From contig CBDCSU010000004.1 in the NCBI GenBank assembly GCA_965221775.1, positions 832,001-896,000 of the forward strand: a DNA stretch of 64,000 bases. The letters are read 5' to 3'. Shown here piece by piece: positions 62,191-64,000 of the stretch (its first letter is position 1; each line of letters begins with the position of its first letter). The notes under the pieces were generated by a model. It worked only from the letters and a program-made list of their open reading frames with translations. It searched no databases and had not been told where the DNA came from. The DNA comes from Candidatus Latescibacterota bacterium. Lineage in GTDB: Bacteria; Latescibacterota; UBA2968; UBA8231. A program made the position numbers and the translations under genes.

Positions 62191-63527
62191 GTGCCCCCGC
62201 GCGTCGCCGTCCATCATCTCGGCTGCAAGCTGAACCAGTACGAGGCCGAGGCCCTCAAGGCCGGGTTCGGCGGCAGCGGCTGGCGGGTCGTCCCCTTCGC
62301 CGAGGAAGCCGACGTGTACGTGGTCAACACCTGCACGGTCACCGGCTCCGGCGACGCCGACTCGCGCCGCGCCGTGCGCCGCGCCCGCCGGTCCAACCCG
62401 GAAGCCCTGGTGGTGGCCACCGGCTGCTACGCCCAGCGCCGGCCCGAGGAGCTGCGCGGCGCCGGCGCCGGCCTGGTGGTCCCGAACACCGACAAGGCCG
62501 GCCTCGTCGACCGCGTGCGCGCCCACCTCGGCGCCCCCCCTGCATCCGCGGGCGTCCGCCAGGTAGAGGCCCCGGCCCCGGGGCCCACCCCCGGCCGGCG
62601 CCCCCCCACCACGCGCTTCCTGCAGATCGACGGCGCCGTGGCCGAGGGCCGCACCCGCGGCACCTTGCAGATCCAGGACGGCTGCGACGAGCACTGCACC
62701 TTCTGCATCATCCCCACGGTCCGCGGCCCCGGGGCCAGCCGGCCGCCGGCCGAGGTCCTGGCCCAGGCCCGCAAGATGGTCGAGGCCGGCTACCGCGAGC
62801 TGGCCCTCACCGGGGTCCACACCGGCTCCTACGGCCGCGACCTGGGCGAGGCCGACGCCTTCGCCGGCCTGGTGCAACAGCTGGCCGCCGTCGACGGGCT
62901 GGAGCGCATCCGCCTCAACTCGATCGAGCCCGGCTACGTGAGCGACCGGCTTATCGACATCGCCGCCGACACGGAGAGCGTCTGCCGCCACTTCCACGTG
63001 CCCCTGCAGAGCGGCGACGACCGGGTGCTGCGGCGCATGGGCCGGCGCTGCACGGCGGCGCGCTACGCCGAGCGCATCACCCGCATCGCCGACCGCCTGC
63101 CCGGATGCGCCATCGGCGCCGACGTCATGGCCGGCTTCCCCGGCGAGGGCGAGGAGCACTTCGCCTCGACCCGACGCCTCCTGGAGCGCCTGCCCGTCAC
63201 CTACCTGCACGTCTTCCCCTACTCCGAGCGCCAGGACACGCCTGCGCAGCGCCTCGGCGGCCACTGCAGCGGCCCGGAGAAGAGCCGCCGGGTGCGCGAG
63301 CTGATCGCCCTCGGCGAGGGCAAGCGCCTCCACTTCCACCGCCGCCACCTCGGCCGCCGGGTGCGCGTCCTGGTGGAGGATGCCGGCGGCGACGGCCTGG
63401 CCTCCGGGCTCACCGACAACTACATCCGCGTCCGCTTCGAGACCGGGGGCGCCCCGCCGCGGGCGAACTCCTTCGTCGACGTAACCCTCACCCACGCCCG
63501 CGAGAGCGAGGCCTTCGGAGAGCTGGT

Positions 63528-63531
<4 letters not shown>
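62191..63531 (+). CDS. mtaB: tRNA t6A37 methylthiotransferase MtaB
   Basis: LGCKLNQYE, VNTCTVT, ATGCYAQ, radical SAM CDEHCTFC, HVFPYSER, TDNYI. Confidence 0.9.

Positions 63532-64000
<469 letters not shown>

Overview
High-GC bacterial chromosomal window with about 55 genes and no rRNA, tRNA, CRISPR-cas, integrase or transposase that I can support. Secreted proteins carrying FlgD-Ig (NYPNPFN) domains or short C-terminal WGxxK tails suggest an uncultured FCB-related lineage such as Latescibacterota; this is an inference. Most genes form catabolic operons of unknown substrate (two enolase-superfamily dehydratases, Gfo/Idh/MocA and SDR oxidoreductases, class III and V aminotransferases, M14/M81/C45 peptidases, PhyH dioxygenase, GH116, heparinase II/III). 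There is also a lipid and ABC export block (MdlAB-like, GDPD, YbbAP, TesA) and core genes at the right end (mltG, pcrA, mtaB, partial miaB). Small lower-GC cassettes lie between these: intact hicBA, an AAA-DUF4143 gene with a double-operator, probably leaderless promoter, an ABC-ATPase plus DUF4276 (TOPRIM-like) candidate defence pair, and four antitoxin genes whose toxin partners are reduced to stubs. The most notable observations are (1) two apparently alternative C-terminal export or sorting signals, a FlgD-Ig domain or a WGxxK tail, most of them opening with a T-[AN]-V hinge; (2) repeated collapse of toxin and other genes into translationally coupled minigenes; and (3) the ATPase-TOPRIM pair coupled to the end of a metabolic operon. 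All product calls come from motif recognition by eye, with no database searches.
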